Source of the DNA: a virus
Reading direction: 5' to 3' (one strand)
DNA length: 64,000 bases
IMG/VR virus record: IMGVR_UViG_3300042863_002274
The notes beneath the pieces are model-generated. The model made no database searches. It was not told the DNA's origin and saw nothing but the letters and a program-made list of their open reading frames with translations. A program made the position numbers and the translations under genes. Shown here in pieces: positions 49,673 to 58,714 of this stretch; position 1 is the first letter of the stretch, and each line of letters opens with the position of its first letter.

Positions 49673-50317
49673 TTATACCCGAACTCGTCTATATTTCCTA
49701 ATCGAACCAAGCTCGCTATCAAGGAATCCAGTCACAAGAGGGCCAGTACCACGCGTATTTAAGTCTTTTACGCCAACAACGTCGTCGTACATATTCTGCA
49801 TTTCACGTGAAGCCGCTCTGATGATTAAGAGCCTAAAGATAGGTATTGATGTTCCGTCTAGGCCGGCGGTATAAGTTATTGTCACTAAATCGTCGGACCA
49901 TCCGTAGTAGTAATCAATTCCATATTTTCTAGTGATGTAATCGACCTCTTCTTGGAGAACTTTTTCTGCTCCAAAAAGCGGTTTTACTTTTACTTCGTCA
50001 ACCGAAACTATAGGAGTATTTTTTAGATAGACGGTTGGTGGAGGAGTGGCCCAAGTCGTTGTGTCGTTGCTTGGGCTTGACGTATATGAAGAGTTGTACG
50101 TGTTGTCGTTTGATGTCAAAAACGAACCCATTGGCACTCCTGTGTGATTGGAGTCAAGACGTATTTCTTCGGTAAATTCTTGGACTTCTATTGGTCGCTT
50201 AAGGAAAGCTTCCATTTCACTTTGAAGGCCAGCCAGAATTATTTCTGCAGCGTCTTCTTGGCGAGCGGACAATTTGATGTCCATATATGTCTTAATGTCG
50301 TTGACTGAGACAATCAT
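49673..50317 (-). CDS. Head-tail adaptor protein
   Basis: DIKTYM, PIVSV..V, VTITYTAG, L..YRRV pattern. Confidence 0.7.
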   Translation of the reverse strand: MIVSVNDIKTYMDIKLSARQEDAAEIILAGLQSEMEAFLKRPIEVQEFTEEIRLDSNHTGVPMGSFLTSNDNTYNSSYTSSPSNDTTTWATPPPTVYLKNTPIVSVDEVKVKPLFGAEKVLQEEVDYITRKYGIDYYYGWSDDLVTITYTAGLDGTSIPIFRLLIIRAASREMQNMYDDVVGVKDLNTRGTGPLVTGFLDSELGSIRKYRRVRV

Positions 50318-50400
50318 GGCGGCTCCCGGTTAAAGCGATGTTGCAAATAAATGTTGTATCAAATTCTAACACCTAGTAATGACCTGGCCGAACACTGGGG

Positions 50401-50429
50401 TTGCTCGCAAGGTGATTCCGGTGTAGATT
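50401..50429 (+). promoter_or_regulatory. Sigma70-type promoter TTGCTC-N17-TAGATT, leaderless
   Basis: 17-nt spacer; ATG 6 nt after the -10 box. Confidence 0.5.
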
Positions 50430-50435
50430 ACGGAG

Positions 50436-50738
50436 ATGAGCGATTCATCAAAATTTAATCCAACTGTTGAATTCGACAACAAAGAGATATCTGAAGCCAA
50501 TATGAGCGTTTTAGATAGGGTCACTCAAGCGTTATTTGCATTATTTATGCCGGAGGGCGGAATTGAGTCTCCTGACGAAATTGACGATTTAGCAAATCAG
50601 TCTTTTGAAATGGCCACTGTAGTCATGGCAGTTGCGGGAATGAGCATTGTTGGGGAAAACATCGACGGCGATTATGTTGCACGGTTCAAGCCCTATAAGT
50701 CCTTTAGTGACTTTGCTATTAAAAACAATATTCAATAA
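50436..50738 (+). CDS. Acidic hypothetical protein, paralog of next gene
   Basis: VLDRVTQALF..MATVVMAVAGM.IVG..YVARF.P aligns with 50751..51188. Confidence 0.65.
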   Translation: MSDSSKFNPTVEFDNKEISEANMSVLDRVTQALFALFMPEGGIESPDEIDDLANQSFEMATVVMAVAGMSIVGENIDGDYVARFKPYKSFSDFAIKNNIQ

Positions 50739-50750
50739 AGAAGGATAAAT

Positions 50751-51188
50751 ATGTCAGAACAAGAAATTAAGGGCACTTTGTTTGCGGACCAAAACGCAAG
50801 AAGAGCCGCGACTGTAAACATTGTGGACAGGCTTCATCAGGGATTATTTTACTACTACACCGAGCATGAGCCTGAAATAGAAGATGACGACATAAAAGTA
50901 GAGTTGGGCGATTACATGTGGCAGGTTGCAACTACCCTTATGGCCATGTGCGGATTAAGAATTATTGGAACAGAAAGCTCAACTGGAAGATATTTAGCCA
51001 CTTTTGAACCAGTAGAGTCTGTAAAGCAATTTTTACTGGAAAAAGACTTCGGACAGGAAAATGATTATTACTATGAAGATTTTCTAGAGGATGCTGAACC
51101 GGATGCCGGACTAGGACTGCATAGTTGGAGGCTGATGGATGAGAAAGAAGTTCTAGGGGACGAAGAGGACGAGATTACAACCCTTTAG
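50751..51188 (+). CDS. Acidic hypothetical protein, paralog of previous gene
   Basis: IVDRLHQGLF..VATTLMAMCGL.IIG..YLATF.P; AAGGA RBS. Confidence 0.65.
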   Translation: MSEQEIKGTLFADQNARRAATVNIVDRLHQGLFYYYTEHEPEIEDDDIKVELGDYMWQVATTLMAMCGLRIIGTESSTGRYLATFEPVESVKQFLLEKDFGQENDYYYEDFLEDAEPDAGLGLHSWRLMDEKEVLGDEEDEITTL

Positions 51189-51200
51189 AAATTTATCTTT

Positions 51201-51977
51201 TTACTTATTTTTTCCGGCTCTTTGGACTGTTGTTTTTGTTTTCGCCTGACCACTTTTGGCTCTTGTTGCGCTCGCAGGTGTTTTGGGTCCTGAAACTTTT
51301 TTCTTACGTTGCTCTGCTCTTTGCTGAGACCTCGCCAATCGAGGACGGATACCTATTCCTGGCTTCGTGACGGCAGAGTCTCCTCTTACTCGGTTCATCA
51401 AGTCGGAACTAGCCGCTCCCCGTGCCGTGTCTTTCTTGCCGCCTCTTGCTTTAGTAATTTGCAGCCCGTCGACTCTATCTTTAAAGTTTGACGAATTGAT
51501 TCCGCCTTTCTTTATCGACCTTTTGCCTATCTCCACTCCGTTCCTGTTCAAACGCTTGGTTGCTTTTGCTTCAAGCTCACGGAATCTCTTCGAGCGAGTA
51601 CGTCCTTCGTAGTAAGTTCCTTCTGCAGGCTTCGTTCTACTGCCACGACTGTTTCTGCCAGTAGACCTGTCCAGCAACTCTTCTGCTACAGACTTCGTCA
51701 TCGACGAACCGTCTCGAGAGTCTTTTGCTCGTCGACTTAATGCCTTGGAGCCACCGTATCGTGCCATCTCAGCCATTTCGCCAAGTTTACCTTTATCGAA
51801 ATTTGCTTTACTGACACCAAAAACTTTATTAGCCAATTCTGCAGCATTTGCCAGGGTTGTTCGTTCTCCAGCGTTCGGTTTTTTCCCTAAACGAATGTTG
51901 GCTTGAATTTCCTTAACCTTGTCAACAAAGTAGGCCGCATCGTCGGATATGTCTGGGCCGTAACGTACTCCTGGCAT
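51201..51977 (-). CDS. Highly basic Lys/Arg-rich protein
   Basis: K/R-rich low-complexity sequence; AAGGAA RBS. Confidence 0.65.
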   Translation of the reverse strand: MPGVRYGPDISDDAAYFVDKVKEIQANIRLGKKPNAGERTTLANAAELANKVFGVSKANFDKGKLGEMAEMARYGGSKALSRRAKDSRDGSSMTKSVAEELLDRSTGRNSRGSRTKPAEGTYYEGRTRSKRFRELEAKATKRLNRNGVEIGKRSIKKGGINSSNFKDRVDGLQITKARGGKKDTARGAASSDLMNRVRGDSAVTKPGIGIRPRLARSQQRAEQRKKKVSGPKTPASATRAKSGQAKTKTTVQRAGKNK

Positions 51978-52021
51978 AATGTTCCTTACTTAAAGTCTTT
52001 TTACAAATATACCAGAAATAT

Positions 52022-52579
52022 TTATCTGTCAGGATTGGGGGGTCTTTCGATAGAGACCGTAGATGACTCTAGTGAGCCAGGCGGAGCCTCAATAGGAATC
52101 CATGCTCTGGCGTAATTGTGCTCTTTAATTTTTCTCACTTTATAGAGACTTCCGTCAAGCATTAGAGAGAGTTCTTCCGAACGCATGCAAAGCATGTCTT
52201 CAAAATCTGAAATACCGTATTTACCAGAACGTCTAAGTGTTCGGATTATGTCTGATGTTTTAGGAGCCAACACATGGGAGTGTCCCCTATTGAGCCGAAG
52301 GTGCATCATCATGGCGTCCATTTTGTCAACGTCGTGGTACACGACCGGTATTTTTCCATCGCTCATAGCAAGAATTTGCGGAATATTTGTTGCCAGCAAG
52401 TATCTTTCCGAGCCGTCGATTATTTCCCCAGTGGCAAGCCTGACGTGTATCGGCTGAATGAAGCCAAACTGAGACAAGGAGGCAGAGATAACAAGCATCT
52501 CTGGACGCAGGGTGTAGGTAGCTTTCCATTCAGGAACAGAAAGCAGGGACGGTTCAACGTATTCGATTTTAATATTCAT
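52022..52579 (-). CDS. ParB/Srx-like domain protein (IbrB-like)
   Basis: SL.QFGFIQPI.V..IIDG.ER..HLRLNRG. Confidence 0.75.
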   Translation of the reverse strand: MNIKIEYVEPSLLSVPEWKATYTLRPEMLVISASLSQFGFIQPIHVRLATGEIIDGSERYLLATNIPQILAMSDGKIPVVYHDVDKMDAMMMHLRLNRGHSHVLAPKTSDIIRTLRRSGKYGISDFEDMLCMRSEELSLMLDGSLYKVRKIKEHNYARAWIPIEAPPGSLESSTVSIERPPNPDR

Positions 52580-53708
52580 AGATATCTGCTCTTTCTAGTT
52601 CTAGCGCTCGCACAGCATGAGCGCGAGTTTTGGGACCCACAGGGGTCGGTGAATTAACGTCAATATCATTAAGCATTAAGTTTCTTATCAACCAGCTGAC
52701 TGGATATCCATGAGGGTCACCAAGATGTTTTTTTCTAAATTTTGAAACATAAACACGAGCCTCCGTCTTTCGCCTATCACCTATCAGGTACTTGTCGATA
52801 AACGCAGACGCCCCATCAAATCCTCTTCGCGCATAACTTTCTATGAGTTTTTCTGAATCGAAATCAGCCCATAAGCGTCTTTGAGCGTCTATGTAAGGAA
52901 AGCAATCAAACAGTCTGTCATAAAATTCCGGTTCAGTAGCAACCACATCACCTATTCTGCGAATTGCCGTAGCATGAAGTGGAATACCGACCCTCGTATT
53001 GCTCCCTGTGGTTACGGCCAGGTCGTAGTACTCGCAATACTCAGCGTCATGCTCTTCAATAATGAACTTAAATACATCATTTGTATTCCAGTCATATATT
53101 ATTTTTGCAAACTTTAACGGGATTCCCTTTTTCAACTTATATGGGATATTGATGTAGTTCTCATGAAGCTTTTGAACCACGGAGCGATAACGAACCATTG
53201 ATTCACTGGCTCTAACACCAGTCAGGAAAGCTACGTTCCCCCTTTTTCCCTGCATTGTGTAATAGTCCGTCTGTTCAGGAAGAGAAACTTCATGAGTTAA
53301 ACCAAAATGCTTACCACTAATAGCCCATGGAGGCATCGGCCTAACCCATCTATCTTGTTCGAATCTTTGCTGGCTCCACAAAATAGTAGTAAGCCTATGA
53401 CCCAAAAACCATATCTCTGCAGGATAAGGAAGGCAGTACCACTCCATATCCACCCAGTCGTAGTTGCGAACCTTTTCCACGTACTTTACGACAGTGGGAC
53501 TGACCATCTCTTCGTCTCGAAAGATTACCTTTACCGGACCAAGGCCTCGCTCTTCATGTATTTCTTTTGCTAGATACAGAATCGCAGTGGAGTCTTTCCC
53601 TCCAGAGAACTGTACGCAGACAGTGTCGAAAGTGTCGTAGACGTGCCGTATTCTCTGTCTTGCAGCGTCAACGCAGGACATATCAAGAAATAGGCGCTGA
53701 CGAGTCAT
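52569..53708 (-). CDS. PAPS reductase/PP-loop family protein (IbrA/DndC-like)
   Basis: AARQRI..VQFSGGKDS PP-loop, F.DEE, GVRASES..R, IYDW motifs. Confidence 0.85.
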   Translation of the reverse strand: MTRQRLFLDMSCVDAARQRIRHVYDTFDTVCVQFSGGKDSTAILYLAKEIHEERGLGPVKVIFRDEEMVSPTVVKYVEKVRNYDWVDMEWYCLPYPAEIWFLGHRLTTILWSQQRFEQDRWVRPMPPWAISGKHFGLTHEVSLPEQTDYYTMQGKRGNVAFLTGVRASESMVRYRSVVQKLHENYINIPYKLKKGIPLKFAKIIYDWNTNDVFKFIIEEHDAEYCEYYDLAVTTGSNTRVGIPLHATAIRRIGDVVATEPEFYDRLFDCFPYIDAQRRLWADFDSEKLIESYARRGFDGASAFIDKYLIGDRRKTEARVYVSKFRKKHLGDPHGYPVSWLIRNLMLNDIDVNSPTPVGPKTRAHAVRALELERADIYEY

Positions 53709-53912
53709 TTAGTATCTTGCGATTTGAGTGAGGCGTGATACCTCGGCACGAAGCTCGTTGTTCTCGCGCATCATGTTTTCGGCTACGCCTTTCCAGTACG
53801 TGGCCTCAGAGATGCGAGTATCGAGCGCCTCCAAAACTTCAGCGCACTCAGCCGGCGATACTTTTCCTTTGCCGAGAAGGTATCTGCATTTTTGTTCTAT
53901 GGTCTGTTCCAT
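53709..53912 (-). CDS. Small coiled-coil hypothetical protein
   Basis: In operon with AGGA RBS. Confidence 0.55.
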   Translation of the reverse strand: MEQTIEQKCRYLLGKGKVSPAECAEVLEALDTRISEATYWKGVAENMMRENNELRAEVSRLTQIARY

Positions 53913-53920
53913 TGGTAATC

Positions 53921-54784
53921 CTATATTTCTATGTGTTGGTCTATGAAGTCGATTAGTTTTTCAGCCATTGTTACGCCAGCAATAGCTGGGTCAGCCTTGA
54001 GCCATTTCATGAATTCATACCATCGTGCTTGTTGGTCTGTATTGTCAAACACGATTGTGTACTGAACAACAGCTCTTGGTGCGGACCCAGGGGCTATTGT
54101 TGTTGAGCCCCTAATGACAGCATCGTTTTGATTCATGCCTGGCATTATGTCGATTCTTTGTTTCCCGTCTCCTGTTTGGGTTACCGAAACAACATTTCTG
54201 TCCATTTCTGGTGCGTCCTTAACTGGAACATCTTCATCAGAATCTTCATAGTCGGAAAACTTGTCAAGTCGAGAACTGAATCCGTTCCCGTAGTCGGAAT
54301 TAATTACAGGGGCCATAAATCCTGCTCCGGGCTCAATAACCCGATTGTCTTCTCTGATAAAGCGTTGTTCGATTTCGGCTGTTGAGAATTCATCCCAACC
54401 CAGTCCGGTTAAAAGTTCTGGATAGAAGTCGACCATTTCTAAAACAAACTCTTCAAGAAGTTCTGGCTCGGTGTATCCGAGTTCCATTGTTCGGTTGTCA
54501 GCGATAGCAAAAGCCATAGCCCTAGTGTCATCAACGTCATACTGGACAGCGGCTATTTTGTCCCACCCAAGCAGTTTTGCTGCTTCTAGCTGATGGTTAC
54601 CAGCTATTACGGTTGCTGTACCGTCCTTGTTGGGTCTTATCACTATTGGCTTAATTTGACCGAACTCGGCGTACGAAGCCATAATCGCATTAACGTCTCC
54701 TCTGCGTGGATTGTTATGAAGGGACTCTAGAAGATTTATATCAAAAGCTAGAGAAGTTAAGGATTCGTGTATTCCATTAGCCAT
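53921..54784 (-). CDS. ParB N-terminal domain protein
   Basis: NPRRGDV.AI..S..EFGQ.KPIV..IAGNH.LEAAK.LGW..IADNRT. Confidence 0.85.
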   Translation of the reverse strand: MANGIHESLTSLAFDINLLESLHNNPRRGDVNAIMASYAEFGQIKPIVIRPNKDGTATVIAGNHQLEAAKLLGWDKIAAVQYDVDDTRAMAFAIADNRTMELGYTEPELLEEFVLEMVDFYPELLTGLGWDEFSTAEIEQRFIREDNRVIEPGAGFMAPVINSDYGNGFSSRLDKFSDYEDSDEDVPVKDAPEMDRNVVSVTQTGDGKQRIDIMPGMNQNDAVIRGSTTIAPGSAPRAVVQYTIVFDNTDQQARWYEFMKWLKADPAIAGVTMAEKLIDFIDQHIEI

Positions 54785-54786
54785 GC

Positions 54787-55134
54787 TTATACCTGAGACC
54801 TTACGTTAGCGTTAAGCGTTCTTATTGCATCCATTGATGCACGAACGGAGAACAGTTTTTCTCTTTTAGATTTAACCAGAGCCTCGGCACACTTGTATTC
54901 AAAATGCTCTTGGTCTAATTTGTAATCAGCCCATGCTTCGCGCTCTTTGATTGAACCCTTAGCTGACAGGTATTCTCGTGCCCAGTTAGCTTTGTAAAAA
55001 GCTTCCTTTTTGGCCATGTCCATGGACAGAGATTCAAACTGTTCTGTTTCCTCTTCCAAAGAGTCCATTAAACGAATCAATTCTTGTTCAATGTCAACTT
55101 GGCTTATTGGGGAATTTCTCATATTTTTATTCAC
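54787..55134 (-). CDS. Helical coiled-coil protein (possibly UvsY-like recombination mediator)
   Basis: All-helical 115 aa in recombination operon; family uncertain. Confidence 0.4.
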   Translation of the reverse strand: MNKNMRNSPISQVDIEQELIRLMDSLEEETEQFESLSMDMAKKEAFYKANWAREYLSAKGSIKEREAWADYKLDQEHFEYKCAEALVKSKREKLFSVRASMDAIRTLNANVRSQV

Positions 55135-55136
55135 AC

Positions 55137-55652
55137 CTATTCTTCTAGTGGAGACCAGTCTACTTTGTCAAGTGCAGAAAGTTGCTCTTTTGTCCAGTCC
55201 CATTGTGAATCTATTCCTAGGCGAACCATACCCATTCGTTCAAGAACCCACGCATCACATTCGTCATTGCCGGAGGCTCCACTGAAGATGATTCCAGTCT
55301 TTGCTGAGATGGCAGAAATGACTTCTCCCTTTGATGCATTTCCTCTTCCAGTTGCAAACTTTGCACGACAGGTGGGCGGGATTTCAACAATAGGAATATT
55401 GCATTCAAACAGCGTCATCCGGATGCAACCACCGAGTTCGCCAATACTGAATGCTTGTCCACTTCGGGAAGCAAACGAGTAACCCTCAATCAGAACGCAA
55501 GCAATTTCGTTTTCCAAGCACTGATGCAATACTTCCTTCGTAACATCAGACAAACGCTCCGCACCTCGTGTCTTGGGACGGATAACACTAGTCGTTCCGT
55601 TCATAGATATGCCCGTGGATGTCAGGGAGAGGTCGAGACCCATGAGGCGCAT
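55137..55652 (-). CDS. ruvC: RuvC-like Holliday junction resolvase
   Basis: MGLDLSLTSTG, IEGYSF, GELGG, K.ATG.GNASK, DECDA motifs. Confidence 0.85.
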   Translation of the reverse strand: MRLMGLDLSLTSTGISMNGTTSVIRPKTRGAERLSDVTKEVLHQCLENEIACVLIEGYSFASRSGQAFSIGELGGCIRMTLFECNIPIVEIPPTCRAKFATGRGNASKGEVISAISAKTGIIFSGASGNDECDAWVLERMGMVRLGIDSQWDWTKEQLSALDKVDWSPLEE

Positions 55653-55671
55653 AATAAATCTGACTATAGCA

Positions 55672-55718
55672 AAGAAATACAAAGGCAGGCAGTCGCGTTA
55701 TTGCCGCGCCAGCCTGCC
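55672..55718 (-). terminator. Intrinsic terminator-like hairpin
   Basis: GGCAGGC..GCCTGCC stem followed by TTTGTATTTCTTT on the minus strand. Confidence 0.55.
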
Positions 55719-55773
55719 CATGTACCTATAATGTCCCCAGGTAGCGATTCTAAGGAGTGATTAAATAATACAT

Positions 55774-56142
55774 TCATTCCCATGAATGTTTTGCTAGTCC
55801 TAAGGAAAAAGCTAAAGAAGGCTCTTCACCAATCCTGGTATGACACGCTCTGCAGACTGTTACCAAGTTTTCTTCGTCAAGTATTGACCCGCCTTGAGAC
55901 CTTCTTATTAGCTCATGCACATCAACGCTGTTTTTGTGAATAAATGTTGTCAAGCCGTCATGTTTGGCAAAAACTGGACACGCAAAGCAAAGAGGAAACT
56001 CGGCAAGCATAGAAGAAACTATTTTGCGTCTCTCAACATAAACCTGTTCCGTTTTTTTGCTTCTTTTTGGGATTGGTTTAGTCCCTCGGTTTAGTGAGGT
56101 TCGTTTTAACGGTGTTCGCTTTAGTGGTTTCCTTGGCTTCAT
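55774..56142 (-). CDS. HNH endonuclease
   Basis: CFAC..VHELIRRSQGG..ENLVTVCRACH. Confidence 0.8.
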   Translation of the reverse strand: MKPRKPLKRTPLKRTSLNRGTKPIPKRSKKTEQVYVERRKIVSSMLAEFPLCFACPVFAKHDGLTTFIHKNSVDVHELIRRSQGGSILDEENLVTVCRACHTRIGEEPSLAFSLGLAKHSWE

Positions 56143-56162
56143 CTAAGCTAAAGAATACAGCA

Positions 56163-56678
56163 CTAGAGGTTGTCGTTGTTTATAGAATCAAAAGTCCACT
56201 TACTGTCAAGGCATTCCCACAAAGAACGGTCAATTGCCGTATCTTCCAGGTCAAAGTCTCTCATTAGTGTTCTGTGAGCAATGATTGCTCTTCTATAGAA
56301 ATCGACTTCCTTCCACCCGTCTTCTAGGGTGGATTCGCCAGTCTCAATCATTACGCAGACTTCGTCAAGCCGACGGTCAACGTGGTACTTAAACCTGTTT
56401 ATTCGTGTTGCTTTTTCATTGTAATAGCGCTGTGTTTCGTCGTTAAGTTTTTTAAACTTGAAGTCCAGCGACGAGTATCGTTTCTGGTCAGATTCACTAT
56501 CTGCCTCAATACTCTCTATTTGTCTTTGAAGGTTTTCGGATAGGGCGAGCAAGGCTCTTTTCCATCTATCCCAGTTTTCGACCAGCCTGAGCTCCGCGCG
56601 CTCCAAAGGGTTAACTTTGTTTTTTACCTCTTCGGCGACCATGCGAGCAAAAGTGTCATCATTCCATCTTGAGTTCAT
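56163..56678 (-). CDS. Hypothetical protein
   Basis: Helical, in operon. Confidence 0.6.
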   Translation of the reverse strand: MNSRWNDDTFARMVAEEVKNKVNPLERAELRLVENWDRWKRALLALSENLQRQIESIEADSESDQKRYSSLDFKFKKLNDETQRYYNEKATRINRFKYHVDRRLDEVCVMIETGESTLEDGWKEVDFYRRAIIAHRTLMRDFDLEDTAIDRSLWECLDSKWTFDSINNDNL

Positions 56679-56690
56679 ATATTTTTTGGG

Positions 56691-57470
56691 TCACTGCCAC
56701 GCAGGGCATATTTTCTTAAATCCACACCAGTTACATAGAATGGTTTTGTTGGGTTCAAAATATCCATTCTTGCAGCGCTCTTCTATGCCTGCTCTTACTT
56801 CTGCAATCACTGAAGCAACTTTCTGCACATCTTCTGCGGTTACTTCTTTTGCGAACCTAACCCCATCTTTTAGGTATAGAAGCTCTATCTCAAACTTCTT
56901 GGCCTCTATGCCGAGGCTTTTGAGGAGCTGAGTATAGATAATTAGCTGAAAATACTTATCTTCAATGTAATTCTTTTTTGGTGTTTTGCCTGTTTTGTAA
57001 TCAGAAACTTTTGCGGTATCACCATCTAGATGTAGACGGTCTATGAATCCATGAAGTTTGATTCCGGATATCTCGCCTTCCACATGCTCTTCAATACCCC
57101 ATGGCTCAACCTCTTGCGGCTGCTCCAGCATCCAGAGGTTTTCAACACACCACCAAGCAGACCACCTAAAGAGACGCAGTTCTTTTTCCCCACGGATTAA
57201 CGTGGTAACTTCTGCTTCCCATTTTGCAGCCCATAAATCTCGCGCCAGTTGGCGAGCGGTTTCTTGGGTTCTTTGTTCGGAAGGAAGAGCGTACATTGTT
57301 TCTAGGATTTCATGAACAAAGTTGCCAAGCATTGTTGCTTCTGTCGGAGAATCCCTAAGTCCATCAATCTTGCTGTACTTAAACTTCATAGGACATTGCT
57401 GGAATGTAGATATTGAAGAAGGGGAAAGCAGTTCTGGGGCCTGCATGAGCCCGTCTTGGTCAGTTGTCAT
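56691..57470 (-). CDS. RecB/Cas4-like PD-(D/E)XK exonuclease
   Basis: LSPSSI..CP, G..VHEILE, GFIDRL, DYKTG, QL.IY, C-terminal CNWC..C Fe-S staple. Confidence 0.9.
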   Translation of the reverse strand: MTTDQDGLMQAPELLSPSSISTFQQCPMKFKYSKIDGLRDSPTEATMLGNFVHEILETMYALPSEQRTQETARQLARDLWAAKWEAEVTTLIRGEKELRLFRWSAWWCVENLWMLEQPQEVEPWGIEEHVEGEISGIKLHGFIDRLHLDGDTAKVSDYKTGKTPKKNYIEDKYFQLIIYTQLLKSLGIEAKKFEIELLYLKDGVRFAKEVTAEDVQKVASVIAEVRAGIEERCKNGYFEPNKTILCNWCGFKKICPAWQ

Positions 57471-58152
57471 CTGTTTTTGCAACAAGAGTTGCACCAAACG
57501 ATAAACGCATTGCCTCAACAACGAGGGTGTCAATGTCTTCTTCAGTTACGGTTGCGCGAGTTGGCTTTGCTTTTCCATTTGAATGACTGGTCCAAAAAGC
57601 GTTCAATGAGTCTTTTTGCTCTTGCGTCAGTGTTTTTGCAACTGAAACAAAGTTGGTCCATTTTTCATCAATCTCTGATGGTGCTTCTGCCTGTGGCGCT
57701 GGCATAGACGATGCGTATTCGGCGTCTAAGGCGTCTGCAGAGCGTGCGAGGTATAGGCCGACACCCAATAGCTGAGCAGCCTTTTTAAGAGCATCAGAGA
57801 CAGCACCTTTAAAGTCGTTTCCGAGGTCAAGTGGCTTATTGTCTTTCTTCTGACGCTTCACTGAGGAACCACCGAAACCGTGCTTAATGACGGTTAAATC
57901 ACCTATGGTGGCAGTTAACGATACGTGAGCAACAATCTCATCCGTATCTACATCGTCACGGCGAACGGAAACGATTTCAAACGACCAGTTGTCAACGCCC
58001 AAAACTTTGTTAAGACGATTAATGACTTCACTTATCGGAAGATAGATGAGCGAAATTCCACCCTTGATTCTTGTGCGTTCCATTTCTTCCGAGAAAGGCT
58101 CTGCTAAAAGACGCGAAATGTTTTCAGAGTTATTGATATTGATAGACGACAC
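57460..58152 (-). CDS. Rad52/Rad22-like single-strand annealing protein
   Basis: L.Y..VINRLN.VLG..NWSF, KGAVSDALKKAA..LGVGLYL. Confidence 0.85.
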   Translation of the reverse strand: MSSININNSENISRLLAEPFSEEMERTRIKGGISLIYLPISEVINRLNKVLGVDNWSFEIVSVRRDDVDTDEIVAHVSLTATIGDLTVIKHGFGGSSVKRQKKDNKPLDLGNDFKGAVSDALKKAAQLLGVGLYLARSADALDAEYASSMPAPQAEAPSEIDEKWTNFVSVAKTLTQEQKDSLNAFWTSHSNGKAKPTRATVTEEDIDTLVVEAMRLSFGATLVAKTDDN

Positions 58153-58180
58153 GTAGGTCTCCTTGTTTAGTTAATTATGT

Positions 58181-58678
58181 TTATGTATTTTTAGGTTTGC
58201 GAACGATAATGCTTGTTTTAAGTTCGCCAGTCTCACTGAAGTTATCAGCATTTAGACCAATTTTGTTTAGCTCTTTAATTCTCCAGTACGAAGGAGCACA
58301 GTAGGAAAGCATTTCCTCTGCTATTTCTTTTGGAGACTTTGTTACTTCTCCGGTATCCATGTCGATAGACATTTTTACAAGACGTTCTGCGACGGCCGAG
58401 CCAAGCTCCAAGTGCTTCCAGCCTTTTCTGTCGTAGGCTGATTTTTTCTCAATAGTAGTACCGTCAGAGAGGGACAAGATTTCTACTGAACCCATGATTT
58501 CAGACAGAGCGTGTGCAAAGGAATCATAGACGAGCGCCACGTCTTTTTTTAAAAGATTCAACTCTGCGAGTCCTTGGCCGGCATCTTCAGGTGAAGGCTC
58601 CCCCGATATAAATAAAGATAATTCTTTGTCAAGGTTGACCAAAGAAGAGCGGAGCTCTTGGATTTTTTCCAAGCTCAT
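58181..58678 (-). CDS. Hypothetical protein (first gene of recombination operon)
   Basis: GAGG RBS, downstream of promoter. Confidence 0.6.
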   Translation of the reverse strand: MSLEKIQELRSSLVNLDKELSLFISGEPSPEDAGQGLAELNLLKKDVALVYDSFAHALSEIMGSVEILSLSDGTTIEKKSAYDRKGWKHLELGSAVAERLVKMSIDMDTGEVTKSPKEIAEEMLSYCAPSYWRIKELNKIGLNADNFSETGELKTSIIVRKPKNT

Positions 58679-58714
58679 TACTAGTACCTCATTTAAGTTT
58701 AGATAGGTGATTTA

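Noticed and set aside
52569-53708. Complete Dnd phosphorothioation system or sulfur-assimilation AMG (cysH)
   Set aside because: No DndA/B/D/E-like or other sulfur-pathway genes recognised; only the PP-loop family match is supported
56691-57470. Cas4 as part of a CRISPR-Cas locus
   Set aside because: Sits beside a Rad52-like annealase as a typical exonuclease/SSAP recombination pair; no cas1/cas2 or array
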